NCBI GenBank assembly: GCA_951406725.2
Contig: OX597833.1
Span: 68,634,001 to 68,698,000, forward strand
DNA: 64,000 nt
Source: Octopus vulgaris
Taxonomy: Eukaryota
Direction of reading: 5' to 3'
Positions 27,630 to 42,767 of this stretch are shown here, piece after piece. Within the stretch, counting starts at the first letter, position 1. Each line of letters opens with the position of its first letter. The translations under genes were made by a program, and so were the position numbers. Below the pieces are notes generated by a model that made no database searches, was not told the origin of the DNA, and saw only the letters and a list, made by a program, of their open reading frames with translations.

Positions 27630-27679
27630 GTGTCTGTCTGTCTGTCTTGCGCTCTCTCTCTCTCTCTCGCTCTCTCTCG

Positions 27680-27714
<35 letters not shown>

Positions 27715-27822
27715 CATACATGTATATATATATATACATATATATGTATATATTGATTGATTTGCATACATATATATACATATATATACATATATATGTA
27801 TATACATACATATATAGAATCA

Positions 27823-27862
<40 letters not shown>

Positions 27863-27893
27863 CATATATATATATACATATATATATATATAC

Positions 27894-27924
<31 letters not shown>

Positions 27925-27929
27925 CATAC

Positions 27930-28011
<82 letters not shown>

Positions 28012-28065
28012 AGAGAGAAAGAAAGAGAGAGAGAGGATGATAGATAAATATATAGATAGATAGAT
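27630..28065. repeat. compound (CT)/(TA)/(TACA)/(GA) microsatellite
   Basis: Direct reading. Confidence 0.9.
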
Positions 28066-28269
28066 ATGCGTGGAAACGTAAGTGCATTTAAGCTTCAATA
28101 TGAGACTAATTATAAGATGAGGATAAGGGTGTGTTAGAACAAGCGGACACGTTTTTATGAACAATTGTGAATGAGGGGAACAAAACAGCTAACAGTTATG
28201 ATACACGCCGTGTATCTTAAGAATATTCATGATGTCAATGATTTCTGAAAAGACATATGTAATATTCAT

Positions 28270-28636
28270 TAATATGAATATCATTAATATTATTATTATT
28301 ATTATTATTATCATTATTATTATTACTTTTATTATTATTATTATCATCATCATTATTATTACTTTTATTATTATTATTATCATCATTATTATTATTACTT
28401 TTATTATTATTATTACTTTTATTATTATTATTACTTTTATTATTATTATTATCATCATTATTATTATTACTTTTATTATTATTATCATCATTATTATTAT
28501 TATTAATATTATTATTATTATTAATATTATTATTAATATTATTATTATTATCATCATTATTATTATCATCAGTATCATCATTATTATTATCATCATTATT
28601 ATTATCATCATCATTATTATTATTATTAATATTATT

Positions 28637-28676
<40 letters not shown>
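28270..28676. repeat. (ATT/ATC)n trinucleotide tract
   Basis: Direct reading; source of the poly-Ile/Met ORFs. Confidence 0.95.
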
Positions 28677-29336
28677 CTGTTATAACTAATTCGACTACGG
28701 TTACTCTATCAATAAATATTGATGCCGGAGAAATTGTCTATAGTTCTGTGCTTTTCAGATATGTAAATAACAAATAAAAATGATAATAATAATAATAATG
28801 AAAAAAAAAGTCTCTAATCCCTTGTGTAAATCAAGTGGATGGTCGATGTATAGTCATAGACATTTACCAATATATTAAGTATCGAATGTATCAGAAGAGA
28901 TATTCCATCGTGTGAATGAATATTCTGCAAGTAATTACAGCAGAAACGTCATTGATAAAAATATCTAGAATCAAGATAGATGTAATTACCACACAACATC
29001 GACATACATGTATACAGGTGTATGTCTGTATGAACGTGAGAGAGAGAGAGAGAGAGAGGGAGGGGACAGAGCTTGCGTGCGTATATAATATATATGACAG
29101 TTGCTATTTGTTTTACATACAGAAGACATACATAGATCAAATATGTAAAACACATCATAATATATAAACAGTGTTATTTCGTGACCATTATAAATACAAT
29201 AACCAGCCGAAATTGCTAAGATGATCTGGTTCTTGACTGATGACTGAGGGCTTCGAATGTCCCGTCCTGTGGTTCTTGTGTCGTCTCTGTGGTGTTTCAT
29301 GTTCTTGTCCATGTCTGTAATTATTTTTACTGTTTA

Positions 29337-29339
<3 letters not shown>

Positions 29340-29386
<47 letters not shown>

Positions 29387-29573
29387 TATATTGTGTGTGT
29401 GTGTGTGTGTATGTATATATATGTGTGTGTGTGTGTGTGTGTATGTATATATATATATGTGTGTGTGTGTATGTATATATATGTGTGTGTGTGTGTATGT
29501 GTATGTATATATATATGTGTGTGTGTGTGTATGTGTATGTATATATATATGTGTGTGTGTGTATGTATATATA

Positions 29574-29620
<47 letters not shown>

Positions 29621-29736
29621 ATGTATATATATATGTGTGTGTGTGTGTGTATGTATATATATGTGTGTGTGTGTGTGTATGTATATATATATGTGTGTGT
29701 GTGTGTATGTATATATATGTGTATATGTATGTATGT
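29340..29736. repeat. periodic (TG)m(TA)n compound microsatellite
   Basis: Direct reading. Confidence 0.95.
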
Positions 29737-30101
29737 AGGCGCATAATGTACGCACAATTCTGGAAATGAGCACATCCAATATGTCATATGTTATTCACCA
29801 TCTTAGAGCAAAGGTTCTTACACATCACGTGTTTCTGTACTGTCCCTCTGTGTTTGGAATTGATAATAATTGATAATAATTCCTAATCATTTTCAAACAT
29901 TTACATATTTCTATGAGTTACTTCTTATATACATGCATATATACATACATACATACACACACTCAGAAACACACATACGCGCGCGCACACACCAGTATAT
30001 ATATATTTATAAACAGTGTAGCTGGCATATGAGCGGGTATTTATTTACAAAAAAGGAGTTTGAAAACGCCACTGTATAAGATAAATTTAATTTTCTTAGA
30101 G

Positions 30102-30149
30102 ATTTTACATGTTTCGGTTCTTCTTGAAAAAACGAACCTTATCAAAAAT
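30102..30149 (-). ncRNA. minimal type-I hammerhead ribozyme with U3-A8 core variant (PLE terminus)
   Basis: Minus strand ATTT-TTGATAA-GGTTC-GTTTTTTCAAGAA-GAACC-GAAAC-AT-GT-A-AAAT: stem I ATTT/AAAT, perfect stem II GGTTC/GAACC, palindromic stem III ACATGT and GUA site. Confidence 0.65.
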
Positions 30150-30692
30150 ATTTTTAAAAGTTAAGTGTAATAAAAAAGTTCATAATTGTTTCTTACTAGA
30201 CTCAAGAGAGTCCTCTTGGTGGTGTTTTGTAATGGGGAGAATAATGGCTGTCTTGTGCGTTGACTAGAATCGTTGGGTGTGACAGTTCGTCGTAATAGCA
30301 GTAGTTGCAGACCGTTAGTAGTAGTAGTAGTAGTGACTGGGGTGGTGGGGGTATTTGGAGTTGAGCAGCAGTTCAGTGGCTGTAGTAGTACTAGCAGCAG
30401 CAGTTGAAGTGACCGTTAGCTGAAATAGTCATAGTGGAAGAGACTGTTGGTCGTAGTAGTAGTGGCTATACATATATGATTGATTTGATTTTGATTTTTC
30501 CAGTTTCAGCTAATGAGCTGTGGCCATGCTGGGGCACCGCCGTTTCTTTTTATTTCTATGCCACACGTGTAACACGGGGTTACATTGGATTAGGTACCTG
30601 TGTATTACATACCTGCAATACGCTATCAACTCACGACACCTAATGATTGTTTTACCTCAATTGGAACTCAATGACATGTTACCTAGTGTTAG

Positions 30693-30736
<44 letters not shown>

Positions 30737-31006
30737 ATACACACAGTTATTCACACGACAGAGTATCCAGGGTTACTGGATGTATATATGTATATATATG
30801 CCCGAACGTTAGACTATTTACCTTAGTACACGGTGATCAATTATATGCTTTAAAATAAAATATTAGTGTGTGTGTGTGTGTTATAAGCTTGTTTTAAAGT
30901 AAAAATATATAGGCATTCAGATAATAAACGTACGCGTACGTAGAATTATCGTCCTGCCTGTCCCTTCACTCATGTGAACACATATTTATACGCACGTACC
31001 ATATAT

Positions 31007-31041
<35 letters not shown>

Positions 31042-31454
31042 TAATTAATTCTATATATATATATATCATAGTCTTTCATGTATTCCACGAGATGGAGTCA
31101 GGGGAAAAACTTCATTAGTCGCTGGGATAATTGTCACGTAGAACACGCTGTGTTATAACCGCAGAATTATTTCAGTTGAATGCTAATTCAATAATCTCGT
31201 ATATTAAATTAATTCATCCATGCGCTATATTAGGTAGTTACAATATATTGCTAGAATAATAATTTACGAATTAGTCGTAGCTTCTTCAATTATACAGGTT
31301 ATTGACTGATTGAATGCACCAAGTCTAATGCTGGGCCTAGATGTTTGATATGGTATATCTATTTAAATTCATAGATCCAGGAATATACACACTGAAGAAT
31401 GGATATTTGTTTTGATTTGAAACGAACGTATTGCTGAAAGAAAATGTTTGCCTT

Positions 31455-31560
31455 CGTAGTAATAAGCGAGCTTCTCAACCACATCGTTGCTAGTTCAGTC
31501 CTACCGCATGACATCTTAATTAGATGTCTTTTACTATAGGCTGGAGTCGATCCAGGCCTG
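31455..31560 (+). mobile_element. degenerate SINE family A head
   Basis: caaccacatcgttgctagttcagtcctaccgcatgacatctt...tgtcttttactatag. Confidence 0.55.
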
Positions 31561-31639
31561 AAAAGGAAAAATATTAATAAATAGGAATTTGAAACTGGTG
31601 TTTGTGTGCTGAGTGTCTTCCACTAAGTGTTAGCATCCA

Positions 31640-32200
31640 AGTATCAGAACTTATAATTTGCAGCAAAAAAATTTGAAAGACCTCTGACAACAGGTTGCTG
31701 TCCATTCTCACAGAATCAAAGAGATAAAATAAGCCCGAGATGTCTGAGGAGTAAAATAAAAAGAATAATAATTGTTTGACCTTAACCAGTTGAGCGTTTA
31801 CATTTGTGGGTGATGATAGGTGCATATAAGATGAGGAGCAGAAGTATTGGGGGAGTACCATAGCCATGTGTTGAGAGGAATTCTTTGGGGTTTTGGTAAT
31901 TTACCTTTGGAAACACTGGTGTCCATCAACATCCTGAAACAAACTTTATTCGGGTACATTTTGAGTGGGATTGGCTACTCGACCCGAAAAAAATGTAACT
32001 GGGCCCCACCTACAAGGTCATGCGCTGTTTATCTTGATGTGATATTAATATGTCACGCACATATGTTTGTGATGCATGTGCCTGGTGTACCCTTATCAGA
32101 CGGGTGGGTCGTGATGGGTATAGTAAGCTTCGTACATTTTCCCCGGTGTCGCTTTGACGGCATGCACATCTCTCTCACTCACTCAATAATAATAATAATC
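31640..32200 (+). mobile_element. probable non-LTR retroelement 3' portion ending in (AAT)n
   Basis: Higher-GC island ending ctctctcactcactc(aat)n; no recognisable protein motif, family unassigned. Confidence 0.45.
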
Positions 32201-32950
32201 ATAACAGTAATGGCAATGATGATGGTGGTGATGATGATACACGTGCTTGTGGCGAGAACATATTTGATCCTAATTTAAAACAACAATGGCAATCAAAAAC
32301 AAAATGGATTCTATTTATAATGTAGAGCAAGATTATTTAAACAAATATTATATTCATCAAAATATGATATGGCGTCATTTAACACCAATTTACTCTTCCT
32401 CGATGGTTATTAATTGCTCGTAATTAAGCTAATGTCCTCAAAGTAGTGGTTTTAATGAAATTTTCTAACGTGCATATCTCTATGCATTTCGTTCTCATTG
32501 CTAACAAATGAAACATGAAAGAATCCTGATATTCTTTTAATCATATTTTCTCTTGCGGTGATTGAGGTTTCAGAATTTTGGGGATTATATGCTTATTTAC
32601 ATTCAAAACCAATATGGTTGTTTACTAGTTCCCTTTTCGCTTCTGCTTTAATCTCACAATGCTCCCTCTACCCCTCACTCTCTCTCTCGCTCGCTCTGTC
32701 ACTCTCTCTTTCCTATACATAGCTGTCATTTAGTCAGGCCTCTTACAACATTCAAAATAATTCTGGACATTAACAGTCTATCTACCAATCTGCTGCTACC
32801 GTTCTGTGTGTTTATCTCCTCATCTACATAAACGTAGATATTCATATACGCTTATATATGTATGTACATATATATATATATATATGCACACACACACATA
32901 CATATAGAGAGATCGAATGACAGACATATATATATATATATATACACATA

Positions 32951-33173
32951 AGGGGTGAAATATAATTTAATAAAATTAATAAATTTTACCTAGTAGTTTT
33001 TTCGGTATGGAAATGACCATATTCGGTAAGGATTATATATACTTATAACAAAGGGTTAATTGCTACAAGTTGCTTAAACCACATACCGAAAATATTAGAA
33101 ATAGCAGCCAAATAGGTTACCATTACTACTACTAGAAAAATAAGTCTCCACAAATAAACAGAATTTGTAACCC

Positions 33174-33174
<1 letters not shown>
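32951..33174. mobile_element. short (TA)n-embedded element, putative PLE terminus
   Basis: Flanked on both sides by (TA)n; shares its head and a ~60-bp segment with 43951-44161. Confidence 0.5.
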
Positions 33175-33223
<49 letters not shown>

Positions 33224-33585
33224 GGGGGGGGGAGAATACTTAAGTACAAGAATTATTTGAAAGAGCTTCTTACATTGCAGAAGAATGAATAGTTTATTAA
33301 TGCCTTTTAGTTTGGTGCATTTCTATAAAGAATTAATAATATATTAATTCTTTTCTCATTCTAAGGACCTCTCTGCCTTCATTTCTTTTCGCGTTTCAAT
33401 GCTTAAAGCAAACTGCAACTCTCCTGAATGTATGCGCATGCGTGGATAAGTGAGCATACAGACATAGGTTTCTGTGTGTGTCCATGTGTCTTTGAATCTA
33501 TGCTTGTTTGTCTCGTTAATTTGTGCATACAGTTACACATACCCACACACAACATGAACAGACACACACACACACATAATTGTAT

Positions 33586-33981
<396 letters not shown>

Positions 33982-34664
33982 ACAATGTTAAAATATCGGC
34001 TTTATGAAATGAAGCTCTTTCCTTACACCTGAACGCTCCATTTAGTTCAACTTTTCACATATATACATATCCATAGAGACATATACATATATACATATTT
34101 AAATATATATACATAAAAAAATTGATATATGTGCGTGTGTTTGTTTTTGTGTAATAGTTACTAATCGTTACTAACTCACGATGATTTATTTACGCAACGA
34201 TGGAAGTATCGTTCGCAAATAACAATGGTTGCTATGCATTCAACTTCATCTTTCACAAATACGCTTTTTCTCTCCCTCACAATACATACCTGAGCTGCAA
34301 AACTGCTGACACACTTTCACCCCTTTATCTCTCTCTGTACTCACACACATACACATATACATATATATATATATACGGAGAGAGAGAAAGATAACCGTAG
34401 AGCGAAAGAGAAAGAGATACACGTACACACTACGCGAAGCAATCTTAGCCTAAATCTTATGTTACTTAGACAATACACATTACATGATTTATTTTCAATT
34501 AGATATCGATTTGTATACAGATAATCGGCATTGTTGTTTCACTAATTTTCTTTACTGCTAATCGAAACACACACACACACACATATGTACACACATTCAC
34601 AACCAAACATATATTTACAAATACATATACAAAAACAAATACACACACATACATAGATACATAG

Positions 34665-34729
<65 letters not shown>

Positions 34730-36504
34730 GAGAGAGAGAAGGAGAGAGAGAGGGTGGGATGGCGGTGAAGATAAATAACAATACTCAACAAGTTATAATT
34801 TCGCCACAATCACTATTTCATTTCCGTATACTAAATCATGTTTCCATGTCTTTTTGTCTCTCCTATTAACATGAATACATTTAGTAGCATTGCTGCTTCT
34901 TTTTTTTAAAGTTTTTCTTATTTGGAGAGATGGGAAGGTTAATTTTTCTTTTCTTCCATTTTTGCTTTCAACAAAAGCTTCTCAACCACATACATTCTTT
35001 ATTCTCCGTGTTATCGATTTCTCTTCTATGTAGAATACGAATGCGTTCAAAGTGGTTTCTTTTTTGTTAAGTATTAAATTTTTTCCTCCTTTATTTTTGT
35101 CTCTTGTTTTCTATGTTTCTATTTAATGAGAGTTTCGTTGCTTTATTCTGGTTTCAGATATTTCGACTGTTTTCTCTTTAGTATATTCTTACAATCAATT
35201 ATCTCAGCTAATTTGAAAACTAATGAAGTAGGCTGAGACTCCTATTTGTAAGCAAATTATAAAACGGATCGCTTTAACTAACCCCAGGACCAAACACTTT
35301 GCTAATTATCAGAGTGCTTCCAGTTATTTATTCATTTATCTACTTGCTTACGTATTTCTTACATCTACATCGACGTTATATCGACACAGAAACACGCATA
35401 CACATATGTGTGCACAAATTAGATAAATACCACGTATGAAACCCATGGCCCGTGACAATTTCGTAGCTTTTTAACATATATAACCGGCATATGCGGCTGA
35501 GCGTATGTTTAATTCAAACAGCCATCAATGTATTATACTTAAAGTATGCACCATGTCGATACGCCAGATACTGCAATATTTGTCCTGAGATGCAATCCCA
35601 TAAAAAACTTTGTGTTAAAATCGCGAGGCGAAAATTCGTCCTGGTAGCGGCCAGCGAATGTATCATCTGGTTTTCGGCCTTTTGGATAGTTTCACTGGCG
35701 CGTACTTGTATTCAGTAACATGGTATGATCCAATGAAATTATGTTGTAACCGATATAGAGAAAAGTGAAAACTATTTCTCTTCTAATTACTTCCTCGCCT
35801 AGCACGTTGTTTTACTCATAGTCAGTGTACTAGAGATTTGCCTAAATATTTATCTGAAACAAACTATAAAACTTCCTGATTTAAATGAAGCTTAGGGCTT
35901 GCATATCAGCTCATCACTATATCAATGTCATGAATATTGACCTGAATATAAAAACTAACATTTTCTTAGTCTTGGAGATCATTACCTTTCCTTTTTTCCT
36001 TGAAAATACAATCAAGGATAGGAGGTGTTTAATATTTGATAAACAGATAATTAAACCAATAAGTTAATAAATAAATAAGTAAAATAGTGGAAACTTAATT
36101 AACTGGTGAATGTGTTAAATAATTAGGCACTGAAATAAAATGACACTCCCCAGACTACAAATTATGCTTCAACACACGAACTCACATAAAAAATCTTGCA
36201 AACCAAATCCAAAATTGGCGTAAATCAATAAGTTTGACGTATGATTATTCGGCCCTACCAAGTACGATATATTTACTAGTCAGTCGGGAGAAGAAATATA
36301 ATGCCAATGACATCTTTCGGAGCTTTCGAGAATGACGTGAGGAAAGGATAAATGGAGGTTGTTTCTTGTGGATATTTGACCCCACAGTTTTCAGAAAAGC
36401 GTATTCCTCAAAGCGACTTAACGCATACGGTGACGTTAAGTTGATCTTCGGATTGATACATCAAGACGAAAGACTGCCTTGTGTTCTGTTTACACACAGC
36501 AATG

Positions 36505-36698
36505 CTGTGTATATATGTATATATGTATAAAGTCAAAGAAAATGTATATATGTGTATAAAGAAAATGTATATATATGTATATAAAGAATATGTATATAAA
36601 GAAAATGTATATATGTATATAATGTATATAATTTATAAAAAGAAAATGTATATATATGTATATGTATAAATGTATATATGTATATATGTATAAAGTCA
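36505..36698. repeat. degenerate ~24-bp minisatellite (gaaaatgtatatatgtataaa)
   Basis: Several imperfect copies bounded by two copies of tatatgtataaagtcaa. Confidence 0.75.
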
Positions 36699-36814
36699 AT
36701 TTCTGAAACAGATATAAGTCAGTATTTTGAGGACGGTGGTAATGTCCAGTCAATCGAGATCAGGTTTCGCCACAAGGGGAAAAGGCTAGGTCCTAGTACC
36801 AGTTAAGCCTAGTG

Positions 36815-36959
36815 ATCAACGAGTGGTTATTTTACCGACTCCAAAAGGATGAAAGGCAAAATCGACCGCGGCAGAATTTGAACTCAAAACGTAAAGACGA
36901 ACAGTAGGTCGTTATGCATTTTGCTCAGTGTGCTAACGATTCCGCCAGCTCACCGACCT
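36815..36959 (-). mobile_element. SINE family B, diverged
   Basis: aaaggatgaaaggcaaaatcgacc..gaatttgaactca..gtaaagac...tgctaacgattccgccagctcacc. Confidence 0.8.
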
Positions 36960-37643
36960 AATCTCTCCTGTAAATGAAAATCGCAATTATATTTCGTCCC
37001 TTTATAGAAATTATATAACACTTAAGTTCAAACGGTCAGCTCATGAATTTCGCAGAATTATAGAACATTGAAATTTCTCATTCTCAGCCACCTGCCACAA
37101 TATTCCACCTTTTCACACGTTACAGAAATAGCAGCTTCTTACTTTCTTCTCCGTTTCTTCTATTTGTCTATTGTTCGTTGAAAAGTAAATGACACTTGCT
37201 TTTCATTGAAACACTACAAAGGAAACGACTATGATGAACTTGGAGTGAGCAATTTCAAATAAACTGGATATTGAATCGCCATATATTGTCAGTGATAAAT
37301 ACAGAGAACGGCAGCAGTATTCTTATATATTGTTTCAATTCTTGATAAAGTCATTTGCAACAGTATTAATAAACTAAATGCCCAGTCGAATACCTCGCAG
37401 CTATAAATTGCAGCAAACTGCTTCAGGAATGAAATTAGTGCATTTCGCTAATTGTCTTAAATTACAGCGCCTGGAAACTTTTAAACGTTGTAAATTGTAG
37501 AAACGTAATTCCCGGGATTAGTGAGAAGAGACTTAGACGCATAGGAATTTGGCATAAAGAATTAAGCACACACAAAGTAACATAGGCAATTATGCCTCAT
37601 ATAGCATATATATGTATTAATCTATATTGACATATTATATATG

Positions 37644-37706
<63 letters not shown>

Positions 37707-37898
37707 TTGAATATTCCATGCCTCAACATGATATATATATATATATTATTTTATAAAGATATTTTACATATACGTCTTATGTAAAATATGTTTATAAAAT
37801 AAACACACACATATGCACACAGATTTCCCATTATATACACTGACAAGGACGGTTTTGCTTTTGCAGTTTTTTCAATATTCTATGTAAATAGAAAATGC

Positions 37899-38138
37899 CT
37901 GGCTGCGTGGTAAGAAGTTTGCGTCCGAAACACATACGGTTCAGTCACCGTATGTGACTCCTTAGCAAGCATCTCCTACCATATAATCTGATCGACCAAA
38001 ATCTTGTGAATGAATTTGGCAGACAAAAACTGAAAGAAGCCTGTCGTTGTGTGTGTGTGTGTGTATGCGGCTACTTGTCCTCCCACCATCACTTGACAAC
38101 CAGGGTTGGTGTATTTACGTCCTCGTAAACTAGCGGTT
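37899..38138 (+). mobile_element. SINE family A, diverged and 3'-truncated
   Basis: tggctgcgtggtaagaagtttg...cttgtgaatgaatttggcagac..aactgaaagaagcctgtcg(tg)n..cttgacaacc. Confidence 0.8.
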
Positions 38139-38621
38139 GTATATGTTTTTTGTACAATTTGTAAGAGAGCGTCCACGCAAAAAAACTATAATTTTGAGAT
38201 GTTTTTACTCATTGGCAGCAACTACATTTCAGATCTCATAGATTGCTATGAAAGGGACTCTAAAGAAAAATGTGAATAAATGAAAGTGTAGGATATGTTT
38301 GCAAATTTATTGATGTTGGTGTTTGTGCAGAAGACATCAGGGTGTGTCAGGGACCTTAGTTTGCAAACCAATATGAAGATATACTTTTTGATGTTCGTGA
38401 AATTAATGCGAGATTTTGTACAATTTAAAATTACTGTTCATATCCATAGATCAAAGAAAATGGCCAATAACAGGCCTTCTGGTATAATTGAAAATGTTTG
38501 TATTCCTTTTCATAATGACGTCAATTAATCTCACATTTTGACAGGATAAAAGCGTTCATTACACACACGTTCACATATTCAAACGTTTGTTTATTAACTT
38601 CTCGACGTTATGGCTAAGATT

Positions 38622-38842
38622 AAGTTGGTAAGGAGGCAAAATCGTGAGCACACCGGACAAAATTCGTAGCGACATTTCGTTGGTCTTTGCGGGCAGAGTT
38701 CAAATTCCCCCGAGGTCGACTTTCCCTTTTATACCTTCAGGGATGGTAAAATAAGTGCCGGTTGAGTACTAGGGTTGATGTAATTGACCTATCCCATACC
38801 CCGAAATTGCAAGCATTTTGTCAAAATTTGAAACCATTATAA
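38622..38842 (+). mobile_element. SINE family B variant with alternative tail
   Basis: gagttcaaattcccccgaggtcgacttt...aaaataagtgccggttgagtactagggttgatgtaattgac...aaaatttgaaacc. Confidence 0.8.
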
Positions 38843-39300
38843 TGTTAACCATTTAGTTACCTAGATACTGCCGATGAGAAAGAAAGCTCTTCTAAATCCC
38901 GATTAAATTCAATACATGTCTGCTTCAATCACACATACTCGCAGACGGTGAGATATTATTTAAGGAAGAATCGGCTACTGTGGTTGGAAGATGAAACGAT
39001 CCATACGGATTCACTAGTGACCTGAGATTAGTTGTCAGAAGGAAATGCTTTTTTGGGGTAACACACTCTTTTAGAATATACAAGAATATATGCAGTCGCA
39101 TACACATACATAGAGACAGAGGAAGAAAGAGGGAGGGGAGATAGTAAGATTATTACACTGAGAATGTGCAATAATAATAGATTATATCTTAGCGAATTAA
39201 CTGTTAACAGAATAGCTCAAAAATATGATGGTAGATATACAGTAACAAATTATCAGTGGAATGCACATCACACTGGTTCTATCATGTTAGACTTTCACTC

Positions 39301-39497
39301 GATAGATAGGCTGATTGATAGATAGATAGATATAGATAGGTAGGTAGATAGATAGATAGATAGATAGATATAGACAGACAGATAGATAGATAGATAGACA
39401 GACAGAGAGATAGATAGATATAGACAGACAGATAGATAGATATAGATAGATAGACAGACATAGAGATAGATAGATATAGATAGATAGATAGATAGAT

Positions 39498-39532
<35 letters not shown>

Positions 39533-39591
39533 TAGATAGATAGATAGATATAGATAGATAGATATAGATAGATAGATATAGATAGATAGAT

Positions 39592-39622
<31 letters not shown>

Positions 39623-39760
39623 TACAGACAGACAGACAGACAGACAGATAGATAGGTATATAGATAGGTATATAGATAGATAGATAGATAGGTATATAGA
39701 TAGATAGATAGATAGATAGGTATATAGATAGGTATATAGATAGATAGCTAGGTAGATATC
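39301..39760. repeat. (GATA)/(GACA)n microsatellite
   Basis: Direct reading. Confidence 0.95.
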
Positions 39761-40363
39761 TCTTGCTTAAACAAAATAAACATTGTATTGTCATATCAGT
39801 TCATTTATTCTGTTCAGAAACCAAATTATTGTTCAGCACCTATTTATTCCACACTTCAATTTAATTACAACACCCAGACGCAAATCTAGCTGTACAAACA
39901 TAATTAATCGGCATTCTTAAAGGTCAATGAACTAATCTATACAATTAAATATGACTAAATATTTCAGGAAATCATTCTATGGTAAAACCTCAACAAAATC
40001 TTTTTTTTTTTTCTATTTTCCTTTCCTTACACCAAATTATACTTACAGCAATTATACTTTGAAACATCAAAGAAATACTTTTACGAGATTTAAAGTAAAC
40101 AAATTTAAAATGTATTTAAATAAATAAAATAATTTCAAGAATTAATAACATAGCGTGGGCCACATATTTTAAAGAATGTTTTTTTTTTAAATCCTTAAAC
40201 GTTCACATCATTTGCTTTTGTTATTTGCAAGAATCGAGATTTAGTTGTATTCATTGAAGTTATATAGTAATACAAATCTAACAGAGCACTCTCTCATACT
40301 TTTGACAAAAACTTCAAATTCACAAGATTTTTTTGTTTTTCTTTTGTAAATAGTTTGTAAATA

Positions 40364-40538
40364 GGTGTGGGAGTGGTTGTGTGGTAAGTAGCTTGTTTAC
40401 CAACCACATGGTTCCGGGTTCAGTCCCACTGCGTGGCACCTTGGACAAGTGTCTTCTACTATAGCCTCGAGCCGGAATAAAGCCTTGTGAGTGGATTTGG
40501 TAGACGGAAACTGAAATAAGCCTGTCGTATATATTTAC

Positions 40539-40577
<39 letters not shown>

Positions 40578-40784
40578 CATATGTTTGTGTCCGTGTTTGT
40601 CCCCCCAACATCGCTTGACAACCGATGCTGGTGTGTTTACGTCCCCGTAACTCAGCGGTTCGGCAAAAGAGGCCGATACAGTAAGTACTGGGCTTACAAA
40701 GAATAAGTCCCGGGGTAGATTTGCTCGACTAAAGGCTGTGCTCCAGCATGAACACAGTCAAATGACTGAAACAAGTAAAAGAGT
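40364..40784 (+). mobile_element. full-length SINE family A
   Basis: Colinear with the 8895 and 22333 copies. Confidence 0.92.
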
Positions 40785-41384
40785 TAAAAATCCTTTCAGT
40801 AATATTCGACTTTAAGAGAATCGAAAGAAATGTGAGAAATATCAAATATTTCTCCGGTGATGATTCCGGAAATTTCATTGGATAGATCTTTATATAGGAT
40901 AAGCTATTGCAAGATTCTTTCTATTCTGGTGTACATTACATATAGAATGTTCTTACATGTCTGTTACACTTGTAAGATTCTGTCTGCATATGAGTAGACA
41001 CATTTAAAATAGTCTAAAGTATATCTTATATGAAAGTTCATATTTTATACATGTTAAACAAATGTAAGATAGTACGAATACGTGATGAGAGACATTCTTC
41101 GAAATAATCAATACCAGTTGTTTCCGCTTCTATAATTGGCTTATTCTTTAACGGCTTCCGTCATTGTATGGCAGCCATGCTGCTCACAGCATACAAAGAT
41201 TCCAGTCAATATTGATCCAAGCGTATATTCCGACCAGTTTTATTGAACCCATTCACCAAATGGCTTAGTCACATTTGACGCAAAGGGATTCAACTGAATG
41301 GCCGTAATAAGAGCGCCTCAATATGAAACATTATGAACATTGATAAAACTGGAATCCTTCAGCGATATATCTCTCTCTCTCTCT

Positions 41385-41710
41385 ATACAGAATATATAGA
41401 TAGTAAAGTGAGATAAGGGTTATGAGCGTAACCCACCATGGGATATATTTATCCAATATACTGCCAGATATATATATATATATCTGGCAGTATAAGTAAC
41501 TCATTTTTAACTGCATTTTACCCCAATACATCTGACTAATATAGGCATAATGGGATACCCTTATCTACAGGCTGAAACAGCTGTAAGATCCATTTTGTAT
41601 GTATATACATTGATGTATATTGTTTTATTCTGTTTTACTCTGTTGAATTTGGATGTTCCTAATTAATTAGTTAATAAATTATATGAATTGGTATTATCTG
41701 TAAGTTGATA
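41385..41710 (+). mobile_element. PLE-like terminal fragment with hammerhead-like 3' half and a 38-bp palindrome
   Basis: GAAAC-AGCT-GT-A at 41574-41585 (palindromic stem III) preceded by CTGACTA at 41532; perfect palindrome at 41457-41494; ends in (TA)n. Confidence 0.5.
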
Positions 41711-42699
41711 TATATATATATAAGGTGGTATTTATGAATTAGAGCTTAATTACAGAGGATATCTATTCTGTTCGGTGATTTTGGTTCATACTAAACCTGC
41801 AGCAATGCAAATGTGTATTACACGAATGATTATAATTCTGTAATATTTTCCAGGAAGATATTATGATGAATATTCACACATAATAGTGAAAAAATTAAAA
41901 GTTATTCCAAGTCGTTCAACTCTTTTTAGTGTCGTTAATTGCAAAAACCACCTAAGTAAGCTGAATGGTCAATAATATTTATTTTTTATTTTATTTTAAT
42001 GCATAGAACATTTAAATTTTACGCTTATCATTTTATTTATTTTAAGATGACATTTCTCCTGATATTTTGCAAATATTTATACATACTTGTCTAAAAATAC
42101 ATGCTGTTTGCTACTAGAAGTTACTTGTAGCTATTTTATTCTCTTCGTTTACGTCAATGATAAATAAATTGCGGTACGAAATGTTAACGTGACATCGTTA
42201 TGAAAATTTTTCAACTTTTAATATCGATCCAGTTCATATGGTTCGTATTTATATTACATTTATATTACTGCTGTAACATGTTATTTCCTATCTGATTCAC
42301 CACACTTAAATTGATGCAGCTACAAAAAGAATGTGATAAAATAGCAATTAGTATTAGCTTCCAACCATTCTGAAATGCATATTTGCTCTTATCTGATTTT
42401 GATCAAGCTTGTCGTTTTATGAAATGAGTGTGAGGTAATTACTGATGAATACACACACAAACACATACATACATACATGTACGTATAATTACACACAAAC
42501 ACAACTACACATGCATAAACATCCATACACTAAACTACACACTCAAACAATCATACACACAGACATACACGACATATGCATAAATATAAATGTATGTATC
42601 ATAATAATTAATATGTTTTCGTTCTTAATGCAGTTTTCAAATGTGTCCTGATGTATCTGCTATTGAATTGGAAGAATATGAAAAAATATGTTCAAAAAC

Positions 42700-42731
42700 G
42701 TCGATATATATATATCGCAACTTGTATGTGC

Positions 42732-42767
<36 letters not shown>

